64,000 nucleotides of DNA from Lachnospiraceae bacterium (GTDB lineage Bacteria > Bacillota > Clostridia > Lachnospirales > Lachnospiraceae). Position 1 is the stretch's first letter, and each line of letters begins with the position of its first letter. Under the pieces are notes generated by a model, which was not told the origin of the DNA, searched no databases, and saw nothing but the letters and a program-made list of their open reading frames with translations. Location: assembly GCA_017394885.1 (NCBI GenBank), contig JAFPWO010000010.1, positions 152,010-216,009 on the forward strand, read 5' to 3'. Shown here piece after piece: positions 27,422-37,806 of this stretch. Position numbers and translations under genes: made by a program.

Positions 27422-27443
27422 TTATACGGTCCGGACCGTATAA
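27422..27443. promoter_or_regulatory. 22-bp perfect palindrome (candidate dimeric regulator site)
   Basis: TTATACGGTCC|GGACCGTATAA. No U-tract on either strand, so it is not a canonical terminator. Confidence 0.4.
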
Positions 27444-27582
27444 ACAAGAAGAGCCGTGCCTTTCACCGCAACCGCCTCCGATCCGTTTTGACTTAAATAA
27501 TACAATTCAGCGTCCATCTGTTTATTTCTGTCTCTGTTTTAGCATATTCGAAAGGAGAAATCAACCGGTTTTCTTACCAGGG

Positions 27583-27616
27583 AAAAGGAGGGACAGCCCC
27601 GGGGCCGTCCCTCCTT
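27583..27616 (-). terminator. Probable terminator after the yjbQ-like gene
   Basis: The minus strand reads AAGGAGGGACGGCCCCGGGGCTGTCCCTCCTTTTCC, a 10-bp GC-rich stem with a short T run. Confidence 0.6.
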
Positions 27617-27652
27617 TATCCGGCGGCAGCGCACCGCCGCCGCACATTTTTC

Positions 27653-28084
27653 TTATTCTCCCATGACCTCGATGTAGTATCTGCGCCGCAGCAGCCCGTC
27701 AAATTCCGCAAAATATATATCCTGCGCGTGGCCGAGGACCAGCTTTCCGTCGATGACGGGAAAGATGCAGTGATTGCCCGCGATCAGGGACTTTAAATGC
27801 CCCGGGGAATTGCCGGCGCAGGTCCCGTAGGAGGGCAGCATGTGCGTGTGAACGTAGGGATAATCCTGCGGCACCAGCCGCTCCAGCATGATCTCGATGT
27901 CCTTTTCCACGCAGGGCAGCCCTTCATTCACGATGATCCCCGTCGTCGTGTGCTGCGTAATAACGATGCAGATGCCGTTTTTGATCCCGCTTTCGGCGAC
28001 GGCGTTTCTTACCTCGTCGCTGATCACGATGAGCTCGAATTCCTTCGACGATTCGAGGTGCTTTTCAAAGAGCTTAACGTCCAC
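27653..28084 (-). CDS. YjbQ/UPF0047-family protein (secondary thiamine-phosphate synthase family)
   Basis: CIVITQHTTTGIIVNE...HMLPS...SPGHLKSLIAGN motifs are typical of YjbQ. GTG start behind AAAGGAGG. It overlaps the upstream gene by 11 nt. Confidence 0.85.
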   Translation of the reverse strand: MDVKLFEKHLESSKEFELIVISDEVRNAVAESGIKNGICIVITQHTTTGIIVNEGLPCVEKDIEIMLERLVPQDYPYVHTHMLPSYGTCAGNSPGHLKSLIAGNHCIFPVIDGKLVLGHAQDIYFAEFDGLLRRRYYIEVMGE

Positions 28085-28937
28085 TCACGGCCTCCTTTCC
28101 CAGGAAGCGTTCGGCATTTTGGCCGAGCACCGCGTCCAGTACATCCTTTCGCAGCGGAAGATCCTTCAGGCCCTTCATCGAACGGACCTGGCGCCAGCGC
28201 GGCATATTCGAGCCGTACATGACCTTGTCCGCAAAGGAATTCTGCAGCCAGTCGATATCCATGCTGACACTGAAAAGCTGCTTAAACCACTTGGTCGGGC
28301 TGTCCATATAGACAGTCGCGGTATCCGCATACACATTGGGATATTTCATTAACAGCATAATCGTCTCTTCCCACCAGGGCCAGCCCATGTGGGTCAGGCA
28401 GAAGCGCACGCCGGGGAAGTTGATGAAGGCGTCCTCAAAGAGAATGGGCTCGGCATATCGGGAGGGAGTATCCGGCTTCCAGCTGTAGCCCGCGTGGAGG
28501 ATGACCGGCTTTTCGCACTCGCTGCAGATCTGGAACAGGGCCTGGACCCTCTCATCTTCCACGTTCAGCCGGGTCCGGGAGAGGTTCAGATGAAGGCCGA
28601 AAAGGCCGAGTTCCTCAAAAGCCCGCTTCAGTTCCTGCGGGGCATCCTCTTTCCTCGGGTCGGCGCCGGCAAAGCCGATATAGCGTCCGGGAGCCGCGTC
28701 CATCACGGTCCGGATCTCATCGTTGGAGACCAGGGGCATCGCGCTGTCCGCGGAATAATCCTCGCCCAGGATCACGGTCTTGTCGACCCCTGCGTCGTCC
28801 ATCAGCGTGAGCGCAAAGCGCAGCGGCATCTTCGAGGACTTGAAGACCCCGAACTGCTGCTTGCGGAAGAAAAGCTTCTCATCGGTGTCGTTGATCACAT
28901 CCAGCAGGACCGGATGCATATGCATATCAATAATCAT
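28074..28937 (-). CDS. Amidohydrolase-2 / TIM-barrel metal-dependent hydrolase family protein
   Basis: MIIDMHMHPV metal-binding start, later HAGYSW and CLTHMGWPW motifs. 287 aa. Confidence 0.8.
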   Translation of the reverse strand: MIIDMHMHPVLLDVINDTDEKLFFRKQQFGVFKSSKMPLRFALTLMDDAGVDKTVILGEDYSADSAMPLVSNDEIRTVMDAAPGRYIGFAGADPRKEDAPQELKRAFEELGLFGLHLNLSRTRLNVEDERVQALFQICSECEKPVILHAGYSWKPDTPSRYAEPILFEDAFINFPGVRFCLTHMGWPWWEETIMLLMKYPNVYADTATVYMDSPTKWFKQLFSVSMDIDWLQNSFADKVMYGSNMPRWRQVRSMKGLKDLPLRKDVLDAVLGQNAERFLGKEAVSGR

Positions 28938-28952
28938 GCCGCACCGCTCTCC

Positions 28953-29768
28953 TTACTCCAGATACGGCTTCCAGGTCTGGATCACCGCGGCCGAACGCGC
29001 CGCGCCGCTCTGGATGCATTCGGGGATCGGCGCGCCGTCCAGATAGCGCGCAATGAATCCGGCGAAGAAGGAATCGCCCGCGCCGACGGTGTTGACCAGG
29101 TTCGTTACCGGAACGATGCCGCCCCGGGTAAACTCTTTCCCGTCATAGACGAGGGAGCCTTTTTCCCCGAAGGTCGCGATCAGGAGCTTTGCCCCGAGCG
29201 CCGTCCCGCGTTTCAGGAACCCCACCGCGCCTTCTTCATCGTCCTCGAAGGAGGCGAGCCCGCATTCGATATACGGAAGCACCTTGTCGGTATCCGGATG
29301 GATGAGCGACTTCTTGGAAAAGTCAAAGAAGATCTTCGTCCCCGCCGCGTGGATCTGCGGCAGCCGTTCGATCAGATGCCCGGTGAAATCGGTGTGCATG
29401 CAGTCGCAGCTGCATAAAAACTCCACCGCCTCATCGGAAAACTCATAGTTTTCGAAGATCCCGCGCTCCACATGATTGTGGAAGCGGTCTCCGTTTTTGA
29501 GAAGGATCTCATAGGTCGTCGTCGCGCCACCCGGGACAATATCGAGATACTTCATGTCGAAGTTTCTCTTCTCAAATTCCCGGACGGCCCATTTGCCCAG
29601 TTCGTCGTCCGATATCGCCGCCACCACAGACGGTTCGATATCGCCGCGCATGTCGATCAGATTGAACAGTACGTCCACTCCGTTGCCTGTGACATAGCTC
29701 CGGCTTGTGCCCTCAAACTGAGGATACCAGTCTATGCACATGAACCCCGCCGCAGCAAATTTAATCAT
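28953..29768 (-). CDS. PfkB-family kinase resembling fructoselysine 6-kinase (FrlD-like)
   Basis: AAGFMCIDWYPQ, LPQIHAAGTKIFFDFSKK and NTVGAGDSFFAGFI parallel remembered E. coli FrlD segments (IGDNCVDIYPQ, FPQLHAAGKLTAFDFSDK, DTMGAGDSFIAGFL). Confidence 0.75.
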   Translation of the reverse strand: MIKFAAAGFMCIDWYPQFEGTSRSYVTGNGVDVLFNLIDMRGDIEPSVVAAISDDELGKWAVREFEKRNFDMKYLDIVPGGATTTYEILLKNGDRFHNHVERGIFENYEFSDEAVEFLCSCDCMHTDFTGHLIERLPQIHAAGTKIFFDFSKKSLIHPDTDKVLPYIECGLASFEDDEEGAVGFLKRGTALGAKLLIATFGEKGSLVYDGKEFTRGGIVPVTNLVNTVGAGDSFFAGFIARYLDGAPIPECIQSGAARSAAVIQTWKPYLE

Positions 29769-29838
29769 GTGGGACCTCCTTTTCTTAGCGAAAACCCGCT
29801 TTTATAACTGCGTTCCTTTTGTTCCTTTTGCGGTCGGA

Positions 29839-30918
29839 TCAGGCTTGCGGCGCCTGTTCCTCCCCGGTCTGCGCGTTCTTTTTGCGGCGTCCGATCCCTC
29901 TTCTTCCGATAACGGGCGTGTGGGTCGCCGCCGCGGTCTTTTCTCTTTTCAGCTTTTTTCTTTCTTTCTCTTTTTCGAGCTTCTTGTGGCGCCGCTCCTT
30001 GACCGCGGCCTTCCTGCTCTGCAGATCTTCCACGTCGGCTTCCGTGGCCGGCTTGATCGTCTTGACGATATAGATCTCGTCGCCCTGGGCCTTGCGGATC
30101 CGGATCTTCCCCTTCACGTATCCGTGCCGCGGGCACTGCACCAGGGCATAGTACATATTGCCGCCGGAGCCGGCAAACCATTTGATCCGCGGGATGACCG
30201 GGAGGTTGCAGCGGTTGCAGCCGATCGCCGTCACGGTCTTATCCTTTAACGCGGTCTCCTTATCCGGATACGACATGGAAACGTACTTGCTGTAGGTCTT
30301 GAAATCCAGATAGATCTCTTCCTCTTTGGACTCCGGCAGATGATAATAGTCGACCGACTTATACTCCTGGACCGACTTGAAGTTCATGTTCTGCATGATC
30401 TTTGCGGTATACCAGGCGTCGTCAAAGGCGGCGTGGAAACGGCGCGTCTGGGCGATGCCCATGGCCTCCACAGCCTCCTGCAGGGCCGGTCTCTTCTTTC
30501 CGTCCAGATTCTCCAGGCTGTAGAGCTTCTGCAGATCATAGTAGAGCAGCGGCTTCGGGAACCGGTACTGGATATGATAATAGTCCAGATTCCGCTGCAG
30601 CTCGAACAGGTCGGACGGCCCCCAGCTGACAAAGATATAATCCTCGCCGCACCATTCCAGAAAGCTTCGCGCCACCGGGCTGAAGGTGCGGGACTGGCGC
30701 AGCGCTTCCATATCCATATGCACGACCGCCTGGGTGTGGCGGTTCATGGTGCGGTAGACCAGCGGTTTGATGGTCTCGTGGAACTCCCCGATGATCCGGC
30801 GTCTGGCATTCAGCTTCAGCGCGCCGATCTCGAGGATCTCAAAGGGGATCTTCGGGTTCTCCCGGTAGCGTCCGCCCGGCGACTGGTTCCATTCCAGGTC
30901 AAATACAATATAATTCAT
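29839..30918 (-). CDS. DEDDh 3'-5' exonuclease (KapD/ERI-1-like) with Cys/His ribbon and Lys/Glu-rich tail
   Basis: MNYIVFDLEWNQ (Exo I), WGPSDL (Exo II), HAAFDDAWY (Exo III, DEDDh). Downstream CNRCN...CPRHG. C-terminal KKLEKEKERKKLKREK. Confidence 0.8.
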   Translation of the reverse strand: MNYIVFDLEWNQSPGGRYRENPKIPFEILEIGALKLNARRRIIGEFHETIKPLVYRTMNRHTQAVVHMDMEALRQSRTFSPVARSFLEWCGEDYIFVSWGPSDLFELQRNLDYYHIQYRFPKPLLYYDLQKLYSLENLDGKKRPALQEAVEAMGIAQTRRFHAAFDDAWYTAKIMQNMNFKSVQEYKSVDYYHLPESKEEEIYLDFKTYSKYVSMSYPDKETALKDKTVTAIGCNRCNLPVIPRIKWFAGSGGNMYYALVQCPRHGYVKGKIRIRKAQGDEIYIVKTIKPATEADVEDLQSRKAAVKERRHKKLEKEKERKKLKREKTAAATHTPVIGRRGIGRRKKNAQTGEEQAPQA

Positions 30919-30971
30919 ACGGTTTATTCTGTTCTCTTTCCGTAAATCGTTTCTTATTTCATCGGCCGCCG

Positions 30972-31826
30972 TCAGTTTCCGGCGGCTTTCTGTGCGGCCA
31001 GCGCCACATGGCGCAGCAGGACCGCCGTGGTGATCCGTCCGACGCCGCCCGGCACCGGGGTGATCGCCGCGGCTTTTTTCTCGGCTTCTTCAAAGGCAAC
31101 GTCGCCGCAGAGGCGCCCGTCCTCCGAGCGGTGGATGCCCACGTCGATCACGACCTGCCCTTCGCCGAGCATTTCGCCTTTCAGCGCTTCCTGGCGCCCC
31201 ATCGCGGCAATCACGATATCCGCCGCCCGGGTATGCGCCGCCAGATCCGCGGTCTTCGAGTGACAGACCGTGACCGTGGCATTTTCCGAAAGCAATAACA
31301 TGGCAAGCGGTTTTCCGACCACGAGGGAGCGGCCGATCACCGTCGCGTTTTTCCCTTCCAGCGGGATCTTGTAGTAATGCAGCAGCTCCATCACGGCCTG
31401 CGGCGTGGCCGGCGGAAAGCCGAGCGCTTTTCCGCTGTAGACACCGGCCATGGAAAGATCCGCCGCGCAGTCCATATCCTTTTCCGGCGCGATGGCATTG
31501 CGCAGCGCCGCATCGTTTAACGAACGGGGGAGCGGCTCAAAAAGCAGGATCCCGTGCACCGCCGGATCTTCCGACAAGCGGCGCAGCGCTTCTTCCGCCT
31601 CCGCCTGGGAGACCGTCTCCGGCAGCGCGGTCAGGCCGACTTCGATCCCCGCGGTCTCACACCCCTTGCGGATCCCGCGCTCATAGCTGACGGAGGCCGG
31701 CTGCTCTCCGATGCGGACCAGGGCCAGCCGGGGGCTGATCCCTTTCTCTTTTAGGCAGCCGACCATCTCCGCGGTCTGCGCCTGCAGCGCCTGCGCCACC
31801 GGCGCTCCGTTTAAAATATGTTCCAT
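30972..31826 (-). CDS. folD: Bifunctional methylenetetrahydrofolate dehydrogenase/methenyl-THF cyclohydrolase
   Basis: The length and the VGRSLVVGKPLAMLL, VTVCHSKT and TPVPGGVG motifs are typical FolD. Confidence 0.95.
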   Translation of the reverse strand: MEHILNGAPVAQALQAQTAEMVGCLKEKGISPRLALVRIGEQPASVSYERGIRKGCETAGIEVGLTALPETVSQAEAEEALRRLSEDPAVHGILLFEPLPRSLNDAALRNAIAPEKDMDCAADLSMAGVYSGKALGFPPATPQAVMELLHYYKIPLEGKNATVIGRSLVVGKPLAMLLLSENATVTVCHSKTADLAAHTRAADIVIAAMGRQEALKGEMLGEGQVVIDVGIHRSEDGRLCGDVAFEEAEKKAAAITPVPGGVGRITTAVLLRHVALAAQKAAGN

Positions 31827-31883
31827 GCCTTTCCTCTCCCGGCCCTCATCCGGCCGCCTTCCCCTCCTCCGGGGATGGGCTGC

Positions 31884-33554
31884 TTAAAACAGGCCGCTGA
31901 TCACGCCGTTTTCATCCACATCGATCTTTTCCGCAGCCGGGACGCGGGGCAGGCCCGGCATGGTCATGATATCGCCGGTCAGCACCACCACGAAGCCGGC
32001 GCCGGCCGAGATCCGCGCCTTTCTGACCGTGATGCGGAAATCCTTCGGCGCGCCGAGCTTTTTGGCGTCATCCGAGAAGGAGTATTGGGTCTTGGCCATG
32101 CAGACCGGGCAGCTTCCGTAGCCGAGGGCTTCGAGCTTTTCCAATTCGGCCCGGGCGGCCGGCAGGAAATCCACGCCGTCGGCGTGATAGATCCGTGTCG
32201 CCACCGCTTCGATCTTTTCCTTTAAAGGCAGATCGGATTCGTAGCTGAACCGGAACTGCGAAGGCGTATCGCAGAGGCGGACCACCTCTTTTGCCAGCGC
32301 TTCGCCGCCCTCTCCGCCTTTGGCCCAGACTTCGCTCAGGACGACGTTGACGCCGAGCGCGCGGCACTTTTCTTCCACGAGCGCCAGTTCCGCTTCGGTA
32401 TCGTCCGGGAAGCGGTTGATCGCCACGACGGCCGGCAGCCCGTAGACTTTGGTGATGTTTTCCACGTGCTGCAGCAGGTTCGGAAGGCCGGCCTCCAGCG
32501 CGCCAAGATCTTCATTCTTCAGTTCGGCGAGCGGCTTGCCGCCGTGGAGCTTTAAGGCCCGCACCGTCGCGACAATGACGACCGCCGAGGGGGTAAGGCC
32601 CGCCATGCGGCACTTGATATCCAGGAATTTTTCCGCGCCGAGATCCGCGCCGAAGCCGGCTTCCGTCACGGCGTAATCACCCAGCTTTAAGGCCATCCGC
32701 GTCGCGGTGACCGAATTGCACCCGTGGGCGATATTCGCGAACGGGCCGCCGTGCACGAAGGCCGGCGTGTGCTCTAAGGTCTGCACCAGGTTGGGCTTTA
32801 AGGCATCCTTTAAGAGCGCCGCCATCGCGCCCTGCGCCTTCAGATCGCCGGCCGTGACCGGTTTGTCCTGATAGGTGTAGCCGACCACGATGCTGGCCAG
32901 CCGCTTCTTTAAATCCGGAATATCCGAAGCCAGGCAGAGGATCGCCATGATCTCGGAAGCCACCGTGATATCGAAGCCGTCCTCGCGTGGGACGCCGTTG
33001 GCCTTGCCGCCCAGCCCGATCACGATATTGCGCAGCGCGCGGTCATTCATATCCACCGCCCGCTTCCAGGTGATCTTCCGCGGGTCGATGCCGAGGCTGT
33101 TCCCCTGCTGCATATGATTATCCAGCATGGCCGCCAGCAGATTGTTCGCCGCGCCGATCGCGTGGAAATCGCCGGTGAAGTGCAGGTTGATGTCCTCCAT
33201 CGGCACGACCTGCGCGTAGCCGCCGCCGGCCGCGCCGCCCTTGATGCCGAATACCGGCCCGAGGGAAGGCTCCCGGAGCGCTACGACAACATTTTTGCCG
33301 ATGCGCTTCAGGCCGTCCGCCAGCCCGATCGTGGTGGTGGTCTTCCCCTCGCCGGCCGGCGTCGGGGTGATGGCGGTCACTAAGATCAGCTTCCCGTCGG
33401 GCCTGTCCGCGCGGTCCCGCAGCAGGCGGTAATCCACCTTGGCCTTGTACGGCCCGTACTGTTCCAGATAGCTTTCGTCGATGCCGGCGGTCTTCGCCAC
33501 TTCGGTGATCAGGCTCTTCGTATTGGCCTGCGCAATTTCGATATCACTCTTCAT
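31884..33554 (-). CDS. fhs: Formate--tetrahydrofolate ligase
   Basis: MKSDIEIAQ..., [16 protein letters not shown]-loop, 556 aa. It lies immediately upstream of folD. Confidence 0.95.
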   Translation of the reverse strand: MKSDIEIAQANTKSLITEVAKTAGIDESYLEQYGPYKAKVDYRLLRDRADRPDGKLILVTAITPTPAGEGKTTTTIGLADGLKRIGKNVVVALREPSLGPVFGIKGGAAGGGYAQVVPMEDINLHFTGDFHAIGAANNLLAAMLDNHMQQGNSLGIDPRKITWKRAVDMNDRALRNIVIGLGGKANGVPREDGFDITVASEIMAILCLASDIPDLKKRLASIVVGYTYQDKPVTAGDLKAQGAMAALLKDALKPNLVQTLEHTPAFVHGGPFANIAHGCNSVTATRMALKLGDYAVTEAGFGADLGAEKFLDIKCRMAGLTPSAVVIVATVRALKLHGGKPLAELKNEDLGALEAGLPNLLQHVENITKVYGLPAVVAINRFPDDTEAELALVEEKCRALGVNVVLSEVWAKGGEGGEALAKEVVRLCDTPSQFRFSYESDLPLKEKIEAVATRIYHADGVDFLPAARAELEKLEALGYGSCPVCMAKTQYSFSDDAKKLGAPKDFRITVRKARISAGAGFVVVLTGDIMTMPGLPRVPAAEKIDVDENGVISGLF

Positions 33555-33679
33555 GCCACGTTTTCTCCTGCTACAAATTGTGGTATTTTCGCGGCGTTTT
33601 GCAACATTTTGCCGCGGTCCGTCTCCCCTCTTTTAAATCGGGTATAATTTACTTATTCATTCAGGAAAGGAGGCTGCCC

Positions 33680-34009
33680 GTGCTTGCAGAACGTTTACTG
33701 GCGCTTCGCACTGCGCGCGACGTGACGCAGGATGATGTTGCCGCTGCCGTCCACGTTACCCGCTCTGCCTATCAGACGTATGAAAAGGGATCCCGCCGTC
33801 CCAGCCTGGAAACGCTGATCCTGCTGTCCCGCTATTTTCGTGTCACCACGGACTATCTGCTGGGTCTGAGCGAAAGTCCGGCTCCGCCTCCGGAACTGGA
33901 TCCCCGGGCCATCGAGCTCATCCACTGCTATCAGGCAGCCGACCCCCGGGGACAGGATACCATCTATCACCTGGCACTGCAGGAAAGCCTGCGCTTCGGT
34001 GATCACTGA
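33680..34009 (+). CDS. XRE-family helix-turn-helix transcriptional regulator
   Basis: GTG 33680 sits behind GGAAAGGAGG. LAERLLALRTARDVTQDDVAAAVHVTRSAYQTYEKGSRRPSLETLILLSRYFRVTTDYLLG is a canonical HTH_3 domain. A TATAAT box lies at 33643..33648. Confidence 0.75.
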   Translation: MLAERLLALRTARDVTQDDVAAAVHVTRSAYQTYEKGSRRPSLETLILLSRYFRVTTDYLLGLSESPAPPPELDPRAIELIHCYQAADPRGQDTIYHLALQESLRFGDH

Positions 34010-35141
34010 TCAGATTTCTTCTTCCGCTGTCTTCTTCGACAGCGCTTTCCATTTCAGAAAACCACTGATGAAACGGTCAATATCTCCGTCGAGAACGGCG
34101 CCGGTATTGCCCGTTTCCACCTGTGTGCGCAGATCCTTCACCATCGTATAGGGCTGCAGCACATAGGAGCGGATCTGGGAGCCGAAATTGTTGTCCATGA
34201 CAACCCCGCGGATATCCGCCACCTTGTCCAGATTGGCCTGCTGCTTCAGGACCAGCAGCTTGGCTTTTAACATCTGCATCGCCTTGTCTTTATTCTGATA
34301 CTGGGAGCGCTCGTTCTGGCACTGCACCACGATCCCGGTCGGGAAATGGGTGATGCGGATGGCCGAGGAGGTCTTGTTGACCTTCTGGCCGCCGGCGCCG
34401 CTCGAACGGAAAACGTCGATGCGGATGTCGTCGTCCGGGATCTCGATATCCAGATCTTCCTCGATATCCGGCATGACGTCGCAGGAAACGAAGGAGGTCT
34501 CGCGTTTGCCCGCCGCGTTGAACGGGGAGATGCGCACCAGGCGGTGGACGCCGTGCTCGGACTTCATCAGCCCGTAGGCATTGAAGCCGTTGACCTGGAA
34601 GGTCACGGATTTGATGCCGGCTTCGTCGCCCTCCTGCATATCCAGCAGCTCGACCGTGAAGCCCTTCTTGGCCGCCCAGCGCGTGTACATGCGGTAAAGC
34701 ATGGAGCACCAGTCGCAGCTTTCCGTGCCGCCCGCGCCGGCGCGCAGGGTCACGATCGCATTATCCACGTCGAACTCGCCGGAGAGCAGCGTGCTCATGC
34801 GCAGCGTCTCCAGCTCTTCCGTGAAGGAATCCAGCATCTCCCGGATCTCCGGGACGATGGCCGGGTCATCCTCTTCATAGCCCATCTCGATCATGACTTC
34901 GATATCGTCATACTGCCACTGCAGGTCTTCCAGATGCGCCACCGTATCTTTTAGATTTTTAACTTCTGTCGTGATTTTGGCAGCCTTTTCCGGGTTGTTC
35001 CAGAAGGACGGCTCCTCCATCATCTTTTCCAGTTCTACGATCCGATTCGCTTTGCCGGCGAGGTCAAAGTGAATCCCTCACTTCCATTAACGGTTCTTTT
35101 TGTGCGGCTAAAACGCTCTTGAACTGATCCAGTTCAACCAT
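34010..35141 (-). CDS. prfB: Peptide chain release factor 2, expressed via programmed +1 ribosomal frameshift
   Basis: Frame 0, 35141..35067, encodes MVELDQFKSVLAAQKEPLMEVRDSL and then meets an in-frame TGA within CTT TGA C. The +1 frame continues DLAGKANRIVELEKMMEEPSFWNN... into the 337-aa track ORF. That ORF carries the SPF (ISPFNAAG) and GGQ (SSGAGGQKVNKT) motifs. Confidence 0.9.
35064..35069 (-). other. RF2 autoregulatory +1 frameshift site (CUU UGA C)
   Basis: The minus strand reads AGG GAT TCA CTT TGA CCT. CTT is at 35069..35067 and TGA at 35066..35064. Confidence 0.85.
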
Positions 35142-35180
35142 TAACTTCACCCACTTTCATCGTTAGTTTTTTTATCGAAA

Positions 35181-37745
35181 TTATACTTTTCTCCCGTGGC
35201 ACTGTTTGTATTTCTTCCCGCTGCCGCAGGGGCAGGGGTCGTTCGGGTAGATCTTCACGTCGCTGCGGCGCACCGGGGCCTTGGTCACCGTATCGTCGCG
35301 GTTCGTGCCCATCGCTTTGGCGACCTGCTCGCGCTCCACTTTCTGCTCCTGGCGGATATGCATCAGCGCGCGGACGGTATCCTCCTGGATGCCGGCCGTC
35401 ATGGCCTCGAACATCTCAAAGCCCTGCATCTTGTATTCCACGACCGGATCTTTCTGGCCGTAGGCCTGCAGGCCGATGCCCTGCCGGAGCTGTTCCATAT
35501 CATCGATATGGTTCATCCAGCGGCGGTCCACGCTTCTGAGAAGCACCACGCGTTCGATCTCACGCATCTTTTCGGCGTCGCCGACCTGCGCTTCCTTCTC
35601 CTCGTAGAGCCGTACAGCTTCTTCCTTCACATACTGCTTTAAGTCGGCCTTGCTCTTTCCCTCGGCCAGCGCCGGTGTGATCGGCGCCATCGGCACGATC
35701 GGCAACAGGGTCTGATTGAGTTCCGCCAGATCCCACTCATCCGAGTGCACATCTTCTCCGATGCACATATCCACGGCGCTGTCGCAGGTATCGGCGATCA
35801 TCTTCATGATCACGCTGCGCATGTTCTCGCCGTCCAGAACGCGGCGTCTCTCCGCGTAGATGATCTCGCGCTGCTCGTTCTTGACCCGGTCGTATTCCAG
35901 GAGGCTCTTCCGGATGCCGAAGTTGTTGCCTTCAATACGCTGCTGCGCTTTCTCGATCGCGGAGGAGAGCATCTTGTGCTCGATCGGCTCGTTGTCCGGA
36001 ACGTTTAACGAATTGAACAGGTTCAGCATGCGCTCGCCGCCGAAGAGACGCATCAGATCGTCCTCCAGCGAAATGTAGAAGCGCGATTCGCCGGGGTCGC
36101 CCTGCCGGCCGGCACGGCCGCGCAGCTGATTGTCGATACGTCTGGATTCGTGCCGCTCGGTGCCGATGATCTTGAGGCCGCCCACGGCCCGGGACTCGTC
36201 GTCCAGCTTGATATCGGTACCACGGCCGGCCATGTTGGTCGCGATGGTGACCGCCCCGTGCACACCGGCTTCGGCGATGATCTCCGCTTCCATTTCATGA
36301 TAGCGGGCGTTTAACACGTTCAGCTTGATGCCTTTCTTGCGCAGCATCGCGGCGATCTCTTCGGAAGCGTCGATGGTCACGGTGCCGACCAGCACGGGCT
36401 GGCCCTTGGCGTGGGCCTCGGTGACGGCCTCCACGATCGCGTGGAGCTTCTCCCGCTTGGTCTTGTAGACCGCGTCGTTTAAGTCTTTTCTCTGCACCGG
36501 GACGTTGGTCGGGATCTCGATGACGTCCATGCCGTAGATGTCGCGGAATTCCTTTTCCTCGGTCATCGCGGTACCGGTCATGCCGGCCTTCTTTTCGAAC
36601 TTGTTGAAGAAGTTCTGGAAGGTGATGGTCGCCAGGGTCTTCGATTCGCGCTTGACCTTCACGTGTTCCTTGGCTTCGATCGCCTGATGCAGGCCGTCCG
36701 AATAGCGGCGGCCCGGCAGCACGCGGCCGGTGAATTCATCCACGATGAAGACCTCGTTGTCCTTCACCATGTAGTCCTTGTCGCGGTGCATCAGGTTGTG
36801 CGCGCGCAGCGCGAGGATGATGTTGTGCTGGATCTCCTGATTCTCCAGATCCGCCAGGTTGTCGATCTGGAAGAACTCTTCCACCTTCTGGACGCCCTGC
36901 GCGGTCAGGTGGACCTGCTTTTCCTTCTCGTTGACGATGAAGTCGCCGGTCTCCTGCTCTTCTTCCTTCATCAGGATGTCCATCTTGGACAGTTCCTTCG
37001 CCTCGCCGCGCTTTAAGCGCTGGGCCAGATAGTCGCAGGTCTCGTAAAGCTTCGTCGATTTGCCGCTCTGGCCGGAAATGATAAGCGGGGTCCGGGCTTC
37101 GTCGATGAGGATCGAGTCCACTTCGTCGACGATCGCGTAGTGGAGCTTGCGGAGCACGAGCTGCTCCTTGTAGATGACCATGTTGTCACGCAGATAGTCG
37201 AAACCCAGCTCGTTGTTGGTGACGTAGGTGATATCGCAGCCGTAGGCTTTCTGGCGCTCTTCCGGGGTCATGCTGTTTAAGACGCAGCCGACGGTCAGTC
37301 CCAGGTATTCATGGATCTGGCCCATCCACTCCGCGTCACGCTTGGCCAGGTAGTCGTTGACCGTGACCACCTGCACGCCTTCGCCGTCCAGCGCGTTGAG
37401 GTAGGAGGGGAGCGTCGCGACCAGGGTCTTGCCTTCGCCGGTCTTCATTTCCGCGATGCGGCCCTGATGCAGGATGATGCCGCCGATCAGCTGTACCGGA
37501 TAGTGCTCCAGGCCGATCGTGCGGCGCGCGCTTTCGCGCACCATCGCATACGCTTCAACGAGCAGATCGTCCAGCGTCTCGCCGTTTTTGAGCCGCTCCT
37601 TGAATTCCAGGGTCTTGGCACGCATCTCCTCCTGGCTCATGGCCTGCATCTGCGGCCGCAGATCCTCGATCTGCCTGACCAGGGGCATGATGCGCTTTAA
37701 TTCCCGCTCACTGTAAGATCCGAAAACTTTTGTGATAATGCTCAT
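35181..37745 (-). CDS. secA: Preprotein translocase ATPase SecA
   Basis: 854 aa. [10 protein letters not shown] Walker [21 protein letters not shown]-terminal zinc motif [14 protein letters not shown]. Confidence 0.97.
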   Translation of the reverse strand: MSIITKVFGSYSERELKRIMPLVRQIEDLRPQMQAMSQEEMRAKTLEFKERLKNGETLDDLLVEAYAMVRESARRTIGLEHYPVQLIGGIILHQGRIAEMKTGEGKTLVATLPSYLNALDGEGVQVVTVNDYLAKRDAEWMGQIHEYLGLTVGCVLNSMTPEERQKAYGCDITYVTNNELGFDYLRDNMVIYKEQLVLRKLHYAIVDEVDSILIDEARTPLIISGQSGKSTKLYETCDYLAQRLKRGEAKELSKMDILMKEEEQETGDFIVNEKEKQVHLTAQGVQKVEEFFQIDNLADLENQEIQHNIILALRAHNLMHRDKDYMVKDNEVFIVDEFTGRVLPGRRYSDGLHQAIEAKEHVKVKRESKTLATITFQNFFNKFEKKAGMTGTAMTEEKEFRDIYGMDVIEIPTNVPVQRKDLNDAVYKTKREKLHAIVEAVTEAHAKGQPVLVGTVTIDASEEIAAMLRKKGIKLNVLNARYHEMEAEIIAEAGVHGAVTIATNMAGRGTDIKLDDESRAVGGLKIIGTERHESRRIDNQLRGRAGRQGDPGESRFYISLEDDLMRLFGGERMLNLFNSLNVPDNEPIEHKMLSSAIEKAQQRIEGNNFGIRKSLLEYDRVKNEQREIIYAERRRVLDGENMRSVIMKMIADTCDSAVDMCIGEDVHSDEWDLAELNQTLLPIVPMAPITPALAEGKSKADLKQYVKEEAVRLYEEKEAQVGDAEKMREIERVVLLRSVDRRWMNHIDDMEQLRQGIGLQAYGQKDPVVEYKMQGFEMFEAMTAGIQEDTVRALMHIRQEQKVEREQVAKAMGTNRDDTVTKAPVRRSDVKIYPNDPCPCGSGKKYKQCHGRKV

Positions 37746-37806
37746 GTTGTTATCCTTATAAAATCTCTGTCATAACGTGCGAAACACCGCCCGTTCAGGA
37801 TGACCT

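Noticed and set aside
33555-33679. Possible THF riboswitch or defined promoter in the fhs leader
   Set aside because: I found only a simple CGCGGC...GCCGCG hairpin and a weak TTGCAA-17-ACAATT pair. I could recognise nothing resembling the THF riboswitch core.
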